From Laetmonice hystrix (taxonomy: Eukaryota), in NCBI GenBank assembly GCA_965235115.1, contig OZ249440.1:34908001-34972000 (forward strand): a stretch of 64,000 nt of DNA, read 5' to 3'. Positions within the stretch are counted from its first letter, which is position 1. Every line of letters starts with the position of its first letter. The notes beneath the pieces were generated by a model. It saw only the letters and a list, made by a program, of their open reading frames with translations, ran no database searches and was not told where the DNA came from. This document shows, in pieces, positions 10,873 to 23,401 of this stretch. Made by a program: the position numbers and the translations under genes.

Positions 10873-11230
10873 AGTATACCAACCCTATATCCTTGGTTTG
10901 CAACTGCTGGTTACCGCAGCTCTGCACTTCCCCTTGTTGGGCTCCGTGGAGGGTGGGGAATAGGGTTGGTGAAACAATCTAACACAACCATGGCATCAAA
11001 CAATCCCCCAAAAAGAAAACTACTGAAACTAACGGACTCTGACTCGGACCGGTCTATGGAGAATGAACACTTGACGGAATGGCCTCGTTTCATCATTGTT
11101 GAATCGGCAGAAGCTGAACGACCAATATCTAAGCTATCCCCTTTTGCCATACATAAAGGCATATTGGGGATAGCTGGAACAGTCAAAGATTGTAAACGTT
11201 TGAGGTCTGGACAACTGTTGGTAGAGTGTG
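10873..11230 (+). mobile_element. LINE fragment: end of 5'UTR and true ORF1 start
   Basis: Near identical to 16203-16473 but retains MASNNPPKRK...MENE, which is deleted in that copy. Ends at a ~31-bp tandem duplication. Confidence 0.9.
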
Positions 11231-11849
11231 CACTTGCATAAGGCCAAAAAGGGTAGAGTGTGCACTTGCATAAGGCCAAAAAGTGTTAGTGTCACTGCCC
11301 ACGTCACTCCAGACATAGCACATTACTGTTTTTCCACTTTGAATTTCGTGGCGTTGAGTAGCACCAAAACTAAAATAAACCTCCCGCGTCATTTTTGCCA
11401 TGTTGTTGTGAAGCTAAACATAACACTTTTTTGGCCTAATTTACACCAAACTCATAAGAAAGATCATACAGATAACCTTTTAAATATTTAGGTTGAATTG
11501 CTTTATCCTGAACAGGATTAGTCACCAACGTTAGTCGGTGTTAATGTATTGAGCCGCGGATAATCTCTGCACCCCTTGGGATAATAAGGCAACGGAACTA
11601 TTACCTGGGTTTGCACTTGCTGCCTGTTCAGGTCCAGCTACCTGTACTACATCAGGGGCTGTAAATGTGTATTCAGAGAACACCAGAAATCACATTAATC
11701 TTTTCAGCACAATAACTCGCACTCCCAATTTGTAGAATTTTTATTCCACTAAACATTGCAATTTCTCGCTGTTGAATATTAATCCATGTTACACATTGTC
11801 TTGATCCCCCCCCCCCCCCCCCCGAAACTTCGGGAAAGGGTAAACCGAT

Positions 11850-13402
11850 GCAAGCTGTCCCTCACATTAAATCACTCAAATCCAGATGCCTTAAGGCTCT
11901 GGATGTTCTCAAGGTTGTATCTGGCACAAACTGGGGGGCAGACAGTACAGTCCTTTTACAACTGTACAGAGCTTTAATCCGGTCGAAGCTCGATTACGGT
12001 AGCATAGTTTATGGTTCTGTAAGTCTTACATTCGGCTTTTGGACACGGTTCACCACCAGGGTTTGCAGCTTTCACTTGGGGCTTTTAGAACGTCCCCTGT
12101 TCAGAGCCTCTATGTGGAGGCCCGAGAGACATCACTTGACAACAGGCGTCTGAAGCTGGCTCTGCAGTATGCAGTCAACCTCGGGACAAACAGTTCAAAT
12201 CCAGCTTACAAATGCGTTTTTCACCCCCAGTTCCAACATTTATATGAAAGAAAGGAAACGTACATACGTCCTTTTGGACTGAGGGTGAAACCTCATCTAG
12301 AGGAACTGGATATTGATCTGAACGTCCTGGGGTAGACACATTTATGCAACATTCCTCTTTGGGACCTGGAAAAGCCTGACGTCATTCTTCAGTTGGCTCA
12401 ACTGAAGAAGTCAGAGACTCATCCCCTGACATATTTTGAACATTTTCTTGATGTCCAGGCAAGGTATCCCTCACATTATGCCTTCTATACTGATGGCTCA
12501 AAGGATGGCAGTGATGTGTCTGCGGCTGCAGTTCATGGCAAGCACAACTTCGGCACCCGCATCTCAGGGCAAAGTTCCATCTTCTCAGCAGAGGCCCGGG
12601 CCCTGCTTCTTGCCCTTCAAAATATTGAAGTTTCTAGTGAAAAGGATTTCCTCATTTTCTCGGATTCCTTATCCTGTCTGCAAGCACTTGCTAACTTGAA
12701 CACAGATCACCCAGTGATCGTTCAAATCTTGTCCAAGTTGGCAGTGCTTGCCAATGCAAACTTTGATATTCACTTTTGCTGGGTGCCGGGCATGTTGGTA
12801 TCCCGGGCAATGAGCAAGCTGACAGAACTGCCAAGAGGGCTCTTGAAGGAGACGTCGAACTGTGTCCAATCCCAGCCTCTGACCTCAGACCTACCATCTG
12901 GGCTTACATTAAGAACAAATGGCAGGCTGAATGGGATGAACAACCAAACAATAAGTTGTATCAGATCAGTCCCATGGTAAACCAAAGGTATCATCATGGC
13001 CTAACCCAACGTAGGCATGAAATTGTTTTTACTCGATGCAGAGTTGGTCATTCTAGATTAACCCATGTGTTTTTATTGAAGGGGGAGCCACCTCCAGAAT
13101 GTTATGGCTGTCAGTGTCCTTTGACACTGAAGCATCTTTTACTCAAATGTGGCGATTTTACTCTCATCAAACAAAGGTTTTATAATGAGACGAGTCTTAA
13201 TGATCTTTTTAGCAATATCAGACCAGGAGTGATTTTAGAGTTCTTGTCAGAGGATGTGTTTTGGTGGTGTTCCCGTTGGGACCCGGGATAAAATAGGTTC
13301 CTTTGGTTTTATGGTCTTATAACTCTGTTTTCGCCGTGAAGATGGCCCCGGATGCCGACACGGCGCAAAACCACCACTACTCACTCACTCACTCACTCAC
13401 TC
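11850..13402 (+). mobile_element. 5'-truncated LINE (RT end, RNase H, UTR type B, tail), frameshifted
   Basis: Similar to 918-2346. FYTDGSK RNase H motif. (TCAC)n at about 13380-13402. Confidence 0.92.
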
Positions 13403-13808
13403 TTTTTAACAATGTCAGACCAGGAGTGATTTTAGAGTTTTTGTCAGAAGCTGGACTTCTGACTCTTTTATAGTTCAGGGGCCGGTTTTACTAAAGAGTC
13501 GAAAATAACGACGTCGAAAATTTAACATAGAAGTGAATGGGTGGTTAGGTCAAAAATAACGACCTAGCAACCATTCACTTCTGTGTTAAATTTTCGACAT
13601 CGTTATTTTCGACTCATTAGTAAAACCGGCCCCAGGCTCGTCGATAGCCCGGTTGGGCTGACAGGATGGAGTGTGTTTTAGTGGTGTTCCCGTTGGGGCC
13701 CGGGATAAAATAGGCTCCTTTCATTTCATGGTCTTTTTAACCCTGTTTTCGCCGTGAAGATGGCCCCAGATGCGGGCACGGTGGAAAACCACCACTACTC
13801 ACTCACTC
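13403..13808 (+). mobile_element. LINE 3' end (UTR type A) stacked on the previous tail and interrupted by a MITE
   Basis: Matches 2275-2520 after removing 13479-13635. Confidence 0.9.
13479..13632. mobile_element. 154-bp foldback MITE, PIF/Harbinger-related
   Basis: Almost wholly palindromic (GGGCCGGTTTTACTAA...TTAGTAAAACCGGCCC). TSD CAG, with the empty site TTCAGGCTCG seen at 2347 in the paralogous LINE. Confidence 0.92.
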
Positions 13809-14046
13809 CCCTTTCCCATTGTTTTTGGCGACGTTGGTAAGCACTTTTACCGCCCAAATTAGGCCACCTAGACACCAGGAAACCGATGGCAAAAAATACC
13901 CCTTCTTCCCCATAATACGCACCCCCCCCCCCCCAACAAAAAAAATCCTGGAACTGGAAAAAACTGGAGTAAATCCTGTATCTGATTTTGACCGTCATTG
14001 TTATTGGAGCTCGACACAGTTCCGTGCCAATTCTTTCAGGGTATCA

Positions 14047-15198
14047 GCTATACTGATGGCTCAAAGGATGGCAGTGATGTGTCTGCGACAGCAGTTCATG
14101 GCAAACACAACTTCGGCACCTGCATCTCAGGGCAAAGTTCCATCTTCTCAGCAGAGGCCCGGGCCCTGCTTCTTGCCCTTCAAAATATTGAAGTTTCTAG
14201 TGAAAAGGATTTCCTCATTTTCTCGGATTCCTTATCCTGTCTGCAAGCACTTGCTAACTTGAACACAGATCACCCAGTGATCGTTCGAATCTTGTCCAAG
14301 TTGGCAATGCTTGCCAGTGCAAACTTTGATATTCACTTTTGCTGGGTGCCTGGTCATGTTGGCATCCCCGGCAATGAGCAAGCAGACAGAACTGCCAAGA
14401 GGGCTCTTGAAGCAGACGTCGAACTGTGTCCAATTCCAGCCTCTGATCTTAGACCTACCATCTGGGCTTATGTTAAAAACAAATGGCAGGCCGAATGGGA
14501 TGAACATCCGAACAATAAATTGTATCCAATCAGTCCCATCGTGAACCAAAGGTGTCGTCACGGCCTAAGCCAACGTAGGCATGAAATTGTTTTTACTCGA
14601 TGCAGGATTGGTCATTCTAGATTAACCCACGTGTTTTTATTGAAGGGGGAGCCGCCTTCTGAATGTTATGGCTGTCAATGTCCTTTGACACTGAGCAATA
14701 TCAGACCAGGAGTGATTTTAGAGTTCTTGTCAGAGGCTGGACTTCTGAATCTTTTATAGATGTGTTTTGGTGGTGTTCCCGTTGGGACCCGGGATAAAAT
14801 AGGTTCCTTTGGTTTTATGATCTTATAACTCTGTTTTCGCCGTGAATATGGCCCCAGATGCCGACACGGCGCAAAACCACCACTACTCACTCACTCACTC
14901 CTTTGACACTGAAGCATCTTTTACTCGAATGTGGTGATTTTACTCTCATCAGACAAAGGTTTTGTAATGAGACGAGTCTTAGGGATCTTTTTAGCAATGT
15001 CAGACCAGGAGTGATTTTAGAGTTTTTGTCAGAGGCCAGACCTCTGACTCTTTTATAGATGTGTTTTGGTGGTGTTCCCGTTGGGACCCGGGATAAAATA
15101 GGTTCCTTTAGTTTTATGGTCTTATAACTTTGTTTTCGCCGTGAGGATGGCCCCGGATGCCGACACGGCGCAAAACCACCACTACTCACTCACTCACT
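14047..15198 (+). mobile_element. Two stacked 5'-truncated LINE copies (about 14047-14899 and 14900-15198)
   Basis: RNase H region, UTR B and tail, followed directly by another ORF2 C-terminus, UTR B and tail. Confidence 0.92.
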
Positions 15199-16200
15199 GT
15201 GGTTGTACTCCTCTTTCAGCTGTTGAAGCTTTCCATCCCGACCACATCTCCAGACCAAACTCCACTCATGGACTCTAATATGGCTGGTTTGACATCGGTT
15301 CCATCCAGCTTTATGGATCCAGTAGTGGCCTGGTGGCAACAGTCCTACTGCCTTCTTCTACAATCATATACATGTATAATGTTTAGTTTTTAACCCAGGG
15401 CCAGAGATGCCAAGTTATTGAGCCTTGAAAGAGTGAGATTCCAAGTACTGTCGGCGTGTCACACCTGCCTTCGGCCGCCACCCTTCAGGAGGAGGGGGTC
15501 CAGGGGCACGTTCCGGACTAATTAATCACTAAATAGTGCATTTTGGGGATATTTCCTGCTCAAAATAGTGCCTGGGTTTCAAGCCTACTCACAAAAAATG
15601 CCCTTTTACCCTTCTTAAAGTGACTTTAAACAACATTCCTTTCTGCTCTGGCTACAGAATAGTTGTGTATAGAAGATAGAATGTGTGAGATTCATGACCC
15701 TTGGAGTGAGAGCGGGAGTAAAGGGCCAAATGCGTGAGCGTGAGACTTGACATGTTTGCAGGGCTTAAAGTGACATAAAGCGAGTATCTTCGAGAATAAA
15801 AATTCCCGTGGGGACTGGGGTAAGAATGTTCCCCAGCCCCCCCTGGCTGTTCGTAAGAGGCGAATAAATGGGGCGACTTGTTTGCTGTGAGTCGCGACCC
15901 GTGTCGGTGGAGGAAGAGGTCCTGGTACCTGAGGACGGTGAATTGCTGCGGCTTTTCACAGGTCCAACACGGTGCTTTGGCTCCTACTTCACCTAGACGG
16001 GAGGTTGGAGAGGCCCGCTCCAATCAATCGGCCGGCTGGTCACGCCTTGCCCTAGGTTTTTTGTATTGAGTACCCTTTACAGTGGATTTAATTCTCTAAA
16101 ACAATAGGCAACATCTATCGCAACTATTTCTTCTTTATTCCTAGAAGGCGGTGGCTTAGGGTCAATTGAGTAATGGTAACAACCTCTTTCGTTCCATTGC

Positions 16201-17529
16201 TTGAGTATACCAACCCTATATCCTTGGTTTGCAACTGCTGGTTACCGCAGCTCTGCACTTCCCCTTGTTGGGCTCCGTGGAGGGTGGGTGAAACAATCTA
16301 ACACAAACGAACCTTTGACTGAATGGCCTCGTTTCATCATTGTTGAATCGGCAGAAGCTGAACGACCAATATCTAAGCTATCCCCTTTTGCCATACATAA
16401 AGGCATATTGGGGATAGCTGGAACAGTCAAAGATTGTAAACGGTTGAGATCTGGCCAACTATTGGTAGAGTGTGCCACGAGGGCCCAATCTGCGAACCTG
16501 TTGAGTGCCACAGTACTCGCAGGTTACAGTATTAAGGCCTCTCGTCACCGGATGCTCAACTCAAGCAAGGGTGTGATTCGAACAAACTCTCTCGACAAGA
16601 CAGCTGAACAGGAGATCCTTGCTGGGTTGAGCTGGCAAGGTGTGTCGGAAGTGAAAAGATTGATTGTGAAACGGGATGGTGAAACCATAAAGACACACAC
16701 TTATTTTCTCACTTTCGACAGGCCCACTGTACCAGTGGAACTCGAGATTGGCTTTTTGAAAGTAAAGGTGGATGCCTATATCCCAAACCCTCTGAGATGC
16801 TATAAATGCCAGAGGTTTGGGCATGGGACTGACTCATGCCGGAATCAGCAGAAGTGTTCTCGCTGTGCTGAGACTGGCCATGAACATCTGGAATGTCAAA
16901 AAAAACCAAAATGTGCAAACTGTGGGGAGGACCACTCTGCCACTTCTCGTGACTGTTCCGTGTGGAAAAAAGAAAAAGAAATTCTGAAGGTAAAGACGGA
17001 AAGAAAGATCAGCTTTCCTGAGGCACGCAAGTTGGTGGAGCAGTATATGCTTCCACCAACCATTAAAACCTATGCTGCTGCCACCAAGCCTACCACACGG
17101 ACTTTCGCTTGTCAGACGGAGATGGTGTGGGTCAAGGGGGATAAACCTGTGACCTACCCTGATCCTGCTGACAGCACAAACGAACCACCTAAGAAAGCCG
17201 TCTCGAGTAAGCCACCTAAAAAAGCCACCTCAACACAAAGCCAGACAACCTCGGTTCCTCCTCCACAGGCCGGGCCGAGTACCAAAGACCCTTCTCCGAA
17301 ACAAGATCAACCGAGTACGAAAGAACCAACTACAAAAAAAGATCAACCAAAAAAGAAAATACTCACAGATCGGCTGCCCAAGGCGGCCTCCAACAATAGT
17401 GCAATAGCACTGACAAACAAATTTCAACATCTTCAAGATGTTGAAATGGCTGATGCTACGACTTGTCGTAGTCGCAGCCTTTCCCCCAAAATAAAATCTA
17501 GGGGGCGTTTGCCTGTTAAACCACCTTGA
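16201..17529 (+). CDS. LINE ORF1 nucleic-acid-binding protein with three CCHC zinc knuckles; native start deleted
   Basis: CYKCQRFGHGTDSC, CSRCAETGHEHLEC, CANCGEDHSATSRDC, LNSSKGVI, ISFPEARK. Confidence 0.9.
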   Translation: MSIPTLYPWFATAGYRSSALPLVGLRGGWVKQSNTNEPLTEWPRFIIVESAEAERPISKLSPFAIHKGILGIAGTVKDCKRLRSGQLLVECATRAQSANLLSATVLAGYSIKASRHRMLNSSKGVIRTNSLDKTAEQEILAGLSWQGVSEVKRLIVKRDGETIKTHTYFLTFDRPTVPVELEIGFLKVKVDAYIPNPLRCYKCQRFGHGTDSCRNQQKCSRCAETGHEHLECQKKPKCANCGEDHSATSRDCSVWKKEKEILKVKTERKISFPEARKLVEQYMLPPTIKTYAAATKPTTRTFACQTEMVWVKGDKPVTYPDPADSTNEPPKKAVSSKPPKKATSTQSQTTSVPPPQAGPSTKDPSPKQDQPSTKEPTTKKDQPKKKILTDRLPKAASNNSAIALTNKFQHLQDVEMADATTCRSRSLSPKIKSRGRLPVKPP

Positions 17530-19983
17530 TGGCAGGCAAATGCTTCCTTCAATGGAATTGTCGAGGTTTTAGAGCCAATTTTAATGAGCTCAGACTTTTA
17601 GCGGAGGGCCTCGATCCTCTTGCCTTTTGCCTACAAGAAACATTTCTTACTGCCCGAGACAAAGTCTCATTTAAGGGCTATCAGACTTTCCTTGGTTTTG
17701 CACCAGATGGTGACCGTGCTGCTGGCGGCACTGCCATTCTGGTTCGACAAGACCTCATCCATAGCCCTGTAACAATAGACACACCGTTACAAGCAATAGC
17801 CATTCGCCTAACTCTGCATAAAGCCATCACTATCTGTTCCATATATATTCCGCCAAACAGTGTCTTGACCCAGCAGGATCTTGATGATCTAGTGGGTCAA
17901 CTACCATCCCCATATCTCCTTTTGGGAGACTTTAACGGCCACAATCCCTTATGGGGTGGCACCACAACTGATGGCAAGGGCAAGGGGATTGAAGAGTTCA
18001 TTGATAATCATGCTCTATGCATTTTTAATGATGGTTCAAACACATACCTACATCCTGGTCATGGCACTTATACAGCCATTGACCTTGCAATAGCTGAACC
18101 AGATCTGCTGCTGGATTTCTCTTGGAGGGTCTGGGATGACCTTTGCGGGAGTGACCACTTTCCCACCATTATTACCTATGAGGGACCCAACATTGGGGAA
18201 AAACAACAAAGGTGGCAACTTAAGAAAGCTGACTGGCACTCCTTCCAGACCCTCTGTCGGGAGGAATTCAGAGCAGACACCATTAACGATCCTGAAGCAA
18301 TGGATGATTTTACCTCACTTTTAATCTCCATTGCAGACAGGACAGTTCCTAAAACCTCGACAATTCCTAAACATGTCTCAAATCCATGGTTTAATGATGA
18401 ATGCAAGCAGGCAATTAAAGACCGGAAGAAAGCAGAACGGCTTTTTAACAGGCACCCAACTGCAGTGAACCTTACTAATTTTAAAATCATGAGAGCACGA
18501 GCACGCCGTATCTGTAAAGAGAGACGGAGGCAGAGCTGGAGAGACTATGTCTCCAGCCTGACCTCTCGTACTCCCATCACAAAAATCTGGAACATGATAC
18601 GGAAACTTAAAGGCAAGGGAGGTGGTACTGGAGTTAAACACTTAAAACATCAAAACACCTTATTAACCACCACAGATGCAATAGCAAACAAACTAGCCGA
18701 AACATTTCAAACAAACTCCTCCTCCAGGAACTGCCTCCCTCAATTCCAAGCCATTCGTGCCCAAAAAGAAAAACAAAAACTAACATTCCATTCTGACAAC
18801 ACAGAAGAGTACAACCAGCTCTTCTCAATGGAAGAACTCAAATGCTCACTTAAAAAATCACATGACACTGCAGTTGGACCTGACAAAATACATTACCAAT
18901 TTTTAAAACATTTACCTGATACCACCCTTCTCATACTTCTTCACATTTTCAACAATATCTGGATAATATACCCCTTTCCTGGCAAGAAGCAATAATCATC
19001 CCCATCCCAAAACCAGGAAAAGACCATAGTGAAGCTAACAATTACAGACCAATAGCCTTAACAAGTTGCTTGTGCAAAACCATGGAGAGAATGATTAATG
19101 ATCGCCTCGTCTGGAAGCTGGAGTCTGAGCAGCTCATAACCGAGTTTCAGTGTGGCTTCCGGCGAGGGAGAAGTACTCTCGATCATCTAATCAGACTCGA
19201 GACATACATCCGAGATGCTTTTATCAACGGTGAACATATTGTTGCCGTCTTTTTCGACCTTGAAAAGGCATACGACACAACATGGAAGTACGGTATTTTA
19301 AAAGATTTACATGATATGGGTTTTAGGGGGCGTTTGCCCCTTTTCATATCTCAGTTTTTATCCAACAGACATTTTCAACTCAGAGTAGGCACGACCCTGT
19401 CTGACTTGCACGACCAAGAATTAGGTGTGCCTCAGGGAAGCATTTTGTCCGTTACCCTTTTTAGTATTAAGATCAACAGCATTGTTAACTCGGTTAAAAC
19501 TGGCATGCCCTGCAGCCTGTTTGTCGATGACTTTGACGTCTGCTGCAGAGGCAAAAACATGAATGCCATTGAGAGGCAGATCCAACTCTGTCTCAACAGA
19601 ATCCACACTTGGTCGGTGGAAAATGGTTTTAAATTTTCAAAATCTAAAACGGTCTGCATGCATTTCTGCAAACTGCGTGCTTTTCACCTTGACCCTGAGT
19701 TGACAATGGATGGAGATCCTATTAAGGTTGTGAAGGAGACAAAGTTTCTGGGACTCACTTTTGACAGCAAGCTGTCTTTTGTCCCTCACATTAAATCACT
19801 GAAATCCAGATGCCTTAAGGCTCTGGATGTTCTCAAGGTTTTATCTGGCACAAACTGGGGGGCAGACAGTACAGTCCTTTTACAACTGTACAGAGCTTTA
19901 ATCCGGTCGAAGCTCGATTACGGTAGCATAGTATATGGTTCTGCTTGTAAGTCTTACATTCGGCTTTTGGACACGGTTCACCA
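17529..19983 (+). pseudogene. LINE ORF2: apurinic endonuclease plus reverse transcriptase, frameshifted near 18963 and truncated
   Basis: QWNCRG, CLQET, LGDFNGHNPLWG, SDHFP (APE), then RT motifs. A 7-nt deletion relative to the first copy (CAACTGG). The ATG overlaps the ORF1 stop (TGATG). Confidence 0.93.
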
Positions 19984-22602
19984 CTGTACTGTCTGCCCCC
20001 AGTTTGTAATATAAATGTAGATTACTAAACCATCCAGTTTTTTGTCCGTTTTGCGCCTGTTTTATATTAAAAAGGCCGTTTTCGTTCACCTGCACTGTAT
20101 CATCCCGAAGCAAATGGCCCAATGCCAGAAATTGAGTCACGTGACCGATGACGTGTCAACATGTGCAGGCCTGAGCAACATGCCCAACATGGCATCTAGA
20201 TCTGCGGAGAAGACCGATAGTTTCTGATGAGATACATTACTATTAGTGGGGATGGGGAATCCGATGCAAGCCTAGGCTTAGATCTAGGAAATTTTGTTGA
20301 GCCATAGGCCTAATCTATATCAAGTTAAACCAGACTAGAGGTCTCAGACTCAGCAGAATCGGATCATGAGAACGTCGAAGACGAAGCCCTCGAAGTTGAA
20401 TGGCTTGATCTTGACTTGATCAAATTGATCAATGAACCTGTGCCTGCTGTAACAAACTGTTAGTATCCCCTTTACTAGGCTTTAGTTCATTAACACGTCT
20501 AGGTACTAAGGTAGGTAATTACAGCAGTAGGTTGTTGTCTAGGCTATTTAGAGAGTGGCACCGTGGTAGCTAATCCTCGCTAACCCGAACCGGGCACTGA
20601 CACTCGCTCACGGTTGGCACTCATGCATGGCTGCGTGTCATACACTGCGCGCCCCAGGCGGGCCCCGCCCTGTTTTTCTCGAATTAGTCTTCTTCCCACC
20701 ACGGCGGCCTCCTATATTCTGGTCCTTAATAAACTAATTATAGGTAGCCTATAGAATCTAGATATTGCCCTTTGGCATAGGCATGCTAGATCATAGCCTA
20801 GGCCTAGCCCTAGATCAGATTGTGTGCAATTTGACAACTGTTGTTGAGGGTCTGCAGTCGCTGAGCCGAGCCAGCCTCCGAGGCTGTGACTGCGAGCCCG
20901 GGACGTGGGCAACCTGTGCCGGCGGATAACGCCTACCGTCTACTTAGGCTATAGGACTAGGCCTAGATTCCATTTGTTTCTGGAAGAGCATGCCCCAGGG
21001 CTGTAGTGTGAACCCCTGTCAACCGCACAAAATTGTCAACATAGCCCATGACTATGTTAACCGTCCCCGCTTTGCCTCGCCAGCTGACTAGTCATCAGGA
21101 CGACAGTAGACGCTGTCTAAAACACTCCCAACTCGTTCACGGCCGACCCACGGAGGGGGCCCGGGGGTAGACTAAAATCCTGTCCGAATTTTGTCAAAAC
21201 TCAGAATGATGAATGGGGTTGGGCTGGGTGGGATGGATGATTTTCTGCTTGCCTTGGTCGTTTACTCTTGGGTTAACATGTTAGGACAGACTGCTTGGAC
21301 CTTGGTCCAGTAATGGTCCTGTTCAAGTTTTGTGCCTGAGCCTGACCGGCTGATGGGAGACCGGTCCTGGTTTGGCCAACGATACACGCCAACATGATTG
21401 TCCACGCTTCTCTTACCACAACATTGCGGCACACCGCCATCTATTCACTCGTTTACTCCAGTCATTGTCCTTGACACCTGGATTTACCTCCGTGGCAATG
21501 GAATTTGAGGATGATCATGTAAGGCATATCCCGAAAACAACACACGGCCGACTTTAGCCTGCTACGGTCACAGTCATAATGGCGGCTCTGCACATGTTGA
21601 CACGTCACACTCCGGAGTTTACCGAAGATTTTATTTTCACAAAGCTTGCAGGGGATGATTTACAAGAAGTTTCAACGATGCTTTTTCGAAAGAAAAAAAG
21701 TACCATTAATTTCAGATCCTTATTACACTTTAATAAATAATGGTCCTAGGAAGAATCTAATCACTCCTACCCCCCCCCCCCCCCCCCAAAAAAAAGTACA
21801 TCCAAGGGTTTTGATGGTGTACTTCTTTTCTTTATAAAACGAGCAACTTTTCCTAGCAACATGTTTCCTAGCAACAGGCATGACCTTGTTGATTTGCATA
21901 GCAACGGCCATTTCTTAGGCTCATCAGAAAATTTTAATAGCACCTATCCCCGAAAAGTACCTCCAAGGAGTCTGATGGTGTGCTTCTTTTGTTTATAGAA
22001 TTAGCGTGTTCCCTAGCAACTAACATGAGTTTCTTGATTTGCCTAGCAACGGCCATTTCTTAGGCTCGTCGGAAAATTGTAATGCCACCTACACGTATAA
22101 ACAGTGAATTGAGTATTAATGTTTTAATCAAGTGGTTGCCTGGCAACAGATCTATGTCCTTTACGTTGATCTCCCTAGCAACCACCATTAGCAGTGTTCT
22201 GAGGGGGTTTCTTTCCATCACACCTTAAAAACGCCCACCTGCAGGAGGTGATCCGCAAGAGGGGAACTTGTCAGCCATAATGTTAGGGTCCTTAGCAAAA
22301 TTCTAACTATAGCAATAGACTGAATGAAGATTTGTGTGGCTTTCGGTGCATAGTGGATCCGAATTCATCAAAACTTGCCAGCAAACATTGCAACATTGCG
22401 TCATGCTGGCATAAAGTCTCGATGCAAACTGTGTTTTGTGAAAACTCTAAGGTGTCTGATTTTATTTGCTCATTTTACAGGGGCTTTGCCCCTTGATATC
22501 CCAAGGGCCTCGCCATTTTCCATAGCCCCGGAAATTTCCAGATTTTTTTTTCATTCGTCACTCTCATGCCTGGATTAGGTCCCTACATACCACACCCGAC
22601 TT

Positions 22603-23401
22603 CACGGGCATCAAGCGTAACCCAGTTACTTTAGGAATGTCCGGAAAGAGAAAAGTTGACATATAGTCCTCTACAGGAATCGAACCCCGGCCCCAAGATT
22701 ACTGCACCCATTCGCATAGCATAAGGTATCGACGCCGATGCCCACTCGGCCACCGCCACTTCCCTAAAAAAGGAAGCTTTGGTGGTCGAGCAGGACAATG
22801 GACCCTCCCCCCTACACACATCTTCCGAAATGAGACGGAATCCATATCTTCCTAGATAGAGCTACACATGATTTCTACGGAACATCCACTGTTAAGGTCA
22901 TCCTGGCACTGGCGTCAGACTGTTTTTCCTTTTAAATGCACGGGCATCAGGCGTAACCCAGTTACTTTGAGAATGTCCCTAAAGAGAAAAGTTGTATAGT
23001 CCTCTACAGGAATCGAACCCCGGCCCCAAGATTACTGCACCCATTCGCATTGCATAAGGTGTCGACACCCATGCCCACTCTGCCACCGCCACTCCCCTAA
23101 AAAAGGAGCTTTGGTGGTCGAGCAGGACAATGGACCCTCCCCCCTACACACATCTTCCGAAATGAGACGGAATCCATATCTTCCTAGATAGAGCTACACA
23201 TGATTTCTACCGAACATTGACTGTTAAGGTAATCCTGGCACTGGCGTAGACTGTATTTTTCTTTTTTGAAATGCACGGGCATCAGGGGTAACCCAATTCC
23301 TTTGACAATATCCCTAAAGAGAAAAGTTGTATAGTCCTCTACAGGAATCGAACCCTGGCCCCAAGATTACTGCACCCATTCGCATAGCATAAGGTGTCGA
23401 C
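22603..23401 (-). repeat. About 2.4 tandem copies of a 335-336-bp unit containing a tRNA-derived (SINE-like) head
   Basis: Units start at 22604, 22940 and 23275. The minus strand has A-box TGGCCGAGTGG and B-box GGTTCGATTCC, but no complete cloverleaf acceptor stem. Confidence 0.75.

Larger units (their letters stand above)
15805..19983 (+). mobile_element. I/Nimb-type LINE, 5' two-thirds (5'UTR, ORF1, APE, RT), 3'-truncated
   Basis: Structured 5' end, gag-like ORF1 and ORF2. Homology to the first copy stops abruptly at 19983. Confidence 0.93.

Noticed and set aside
22660..22760. Functional tRNA gene
   Set aside because: A and B boxes are present but I could not form acceptor or anticodon stems. 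Treated as a tRNA-derived repeat.
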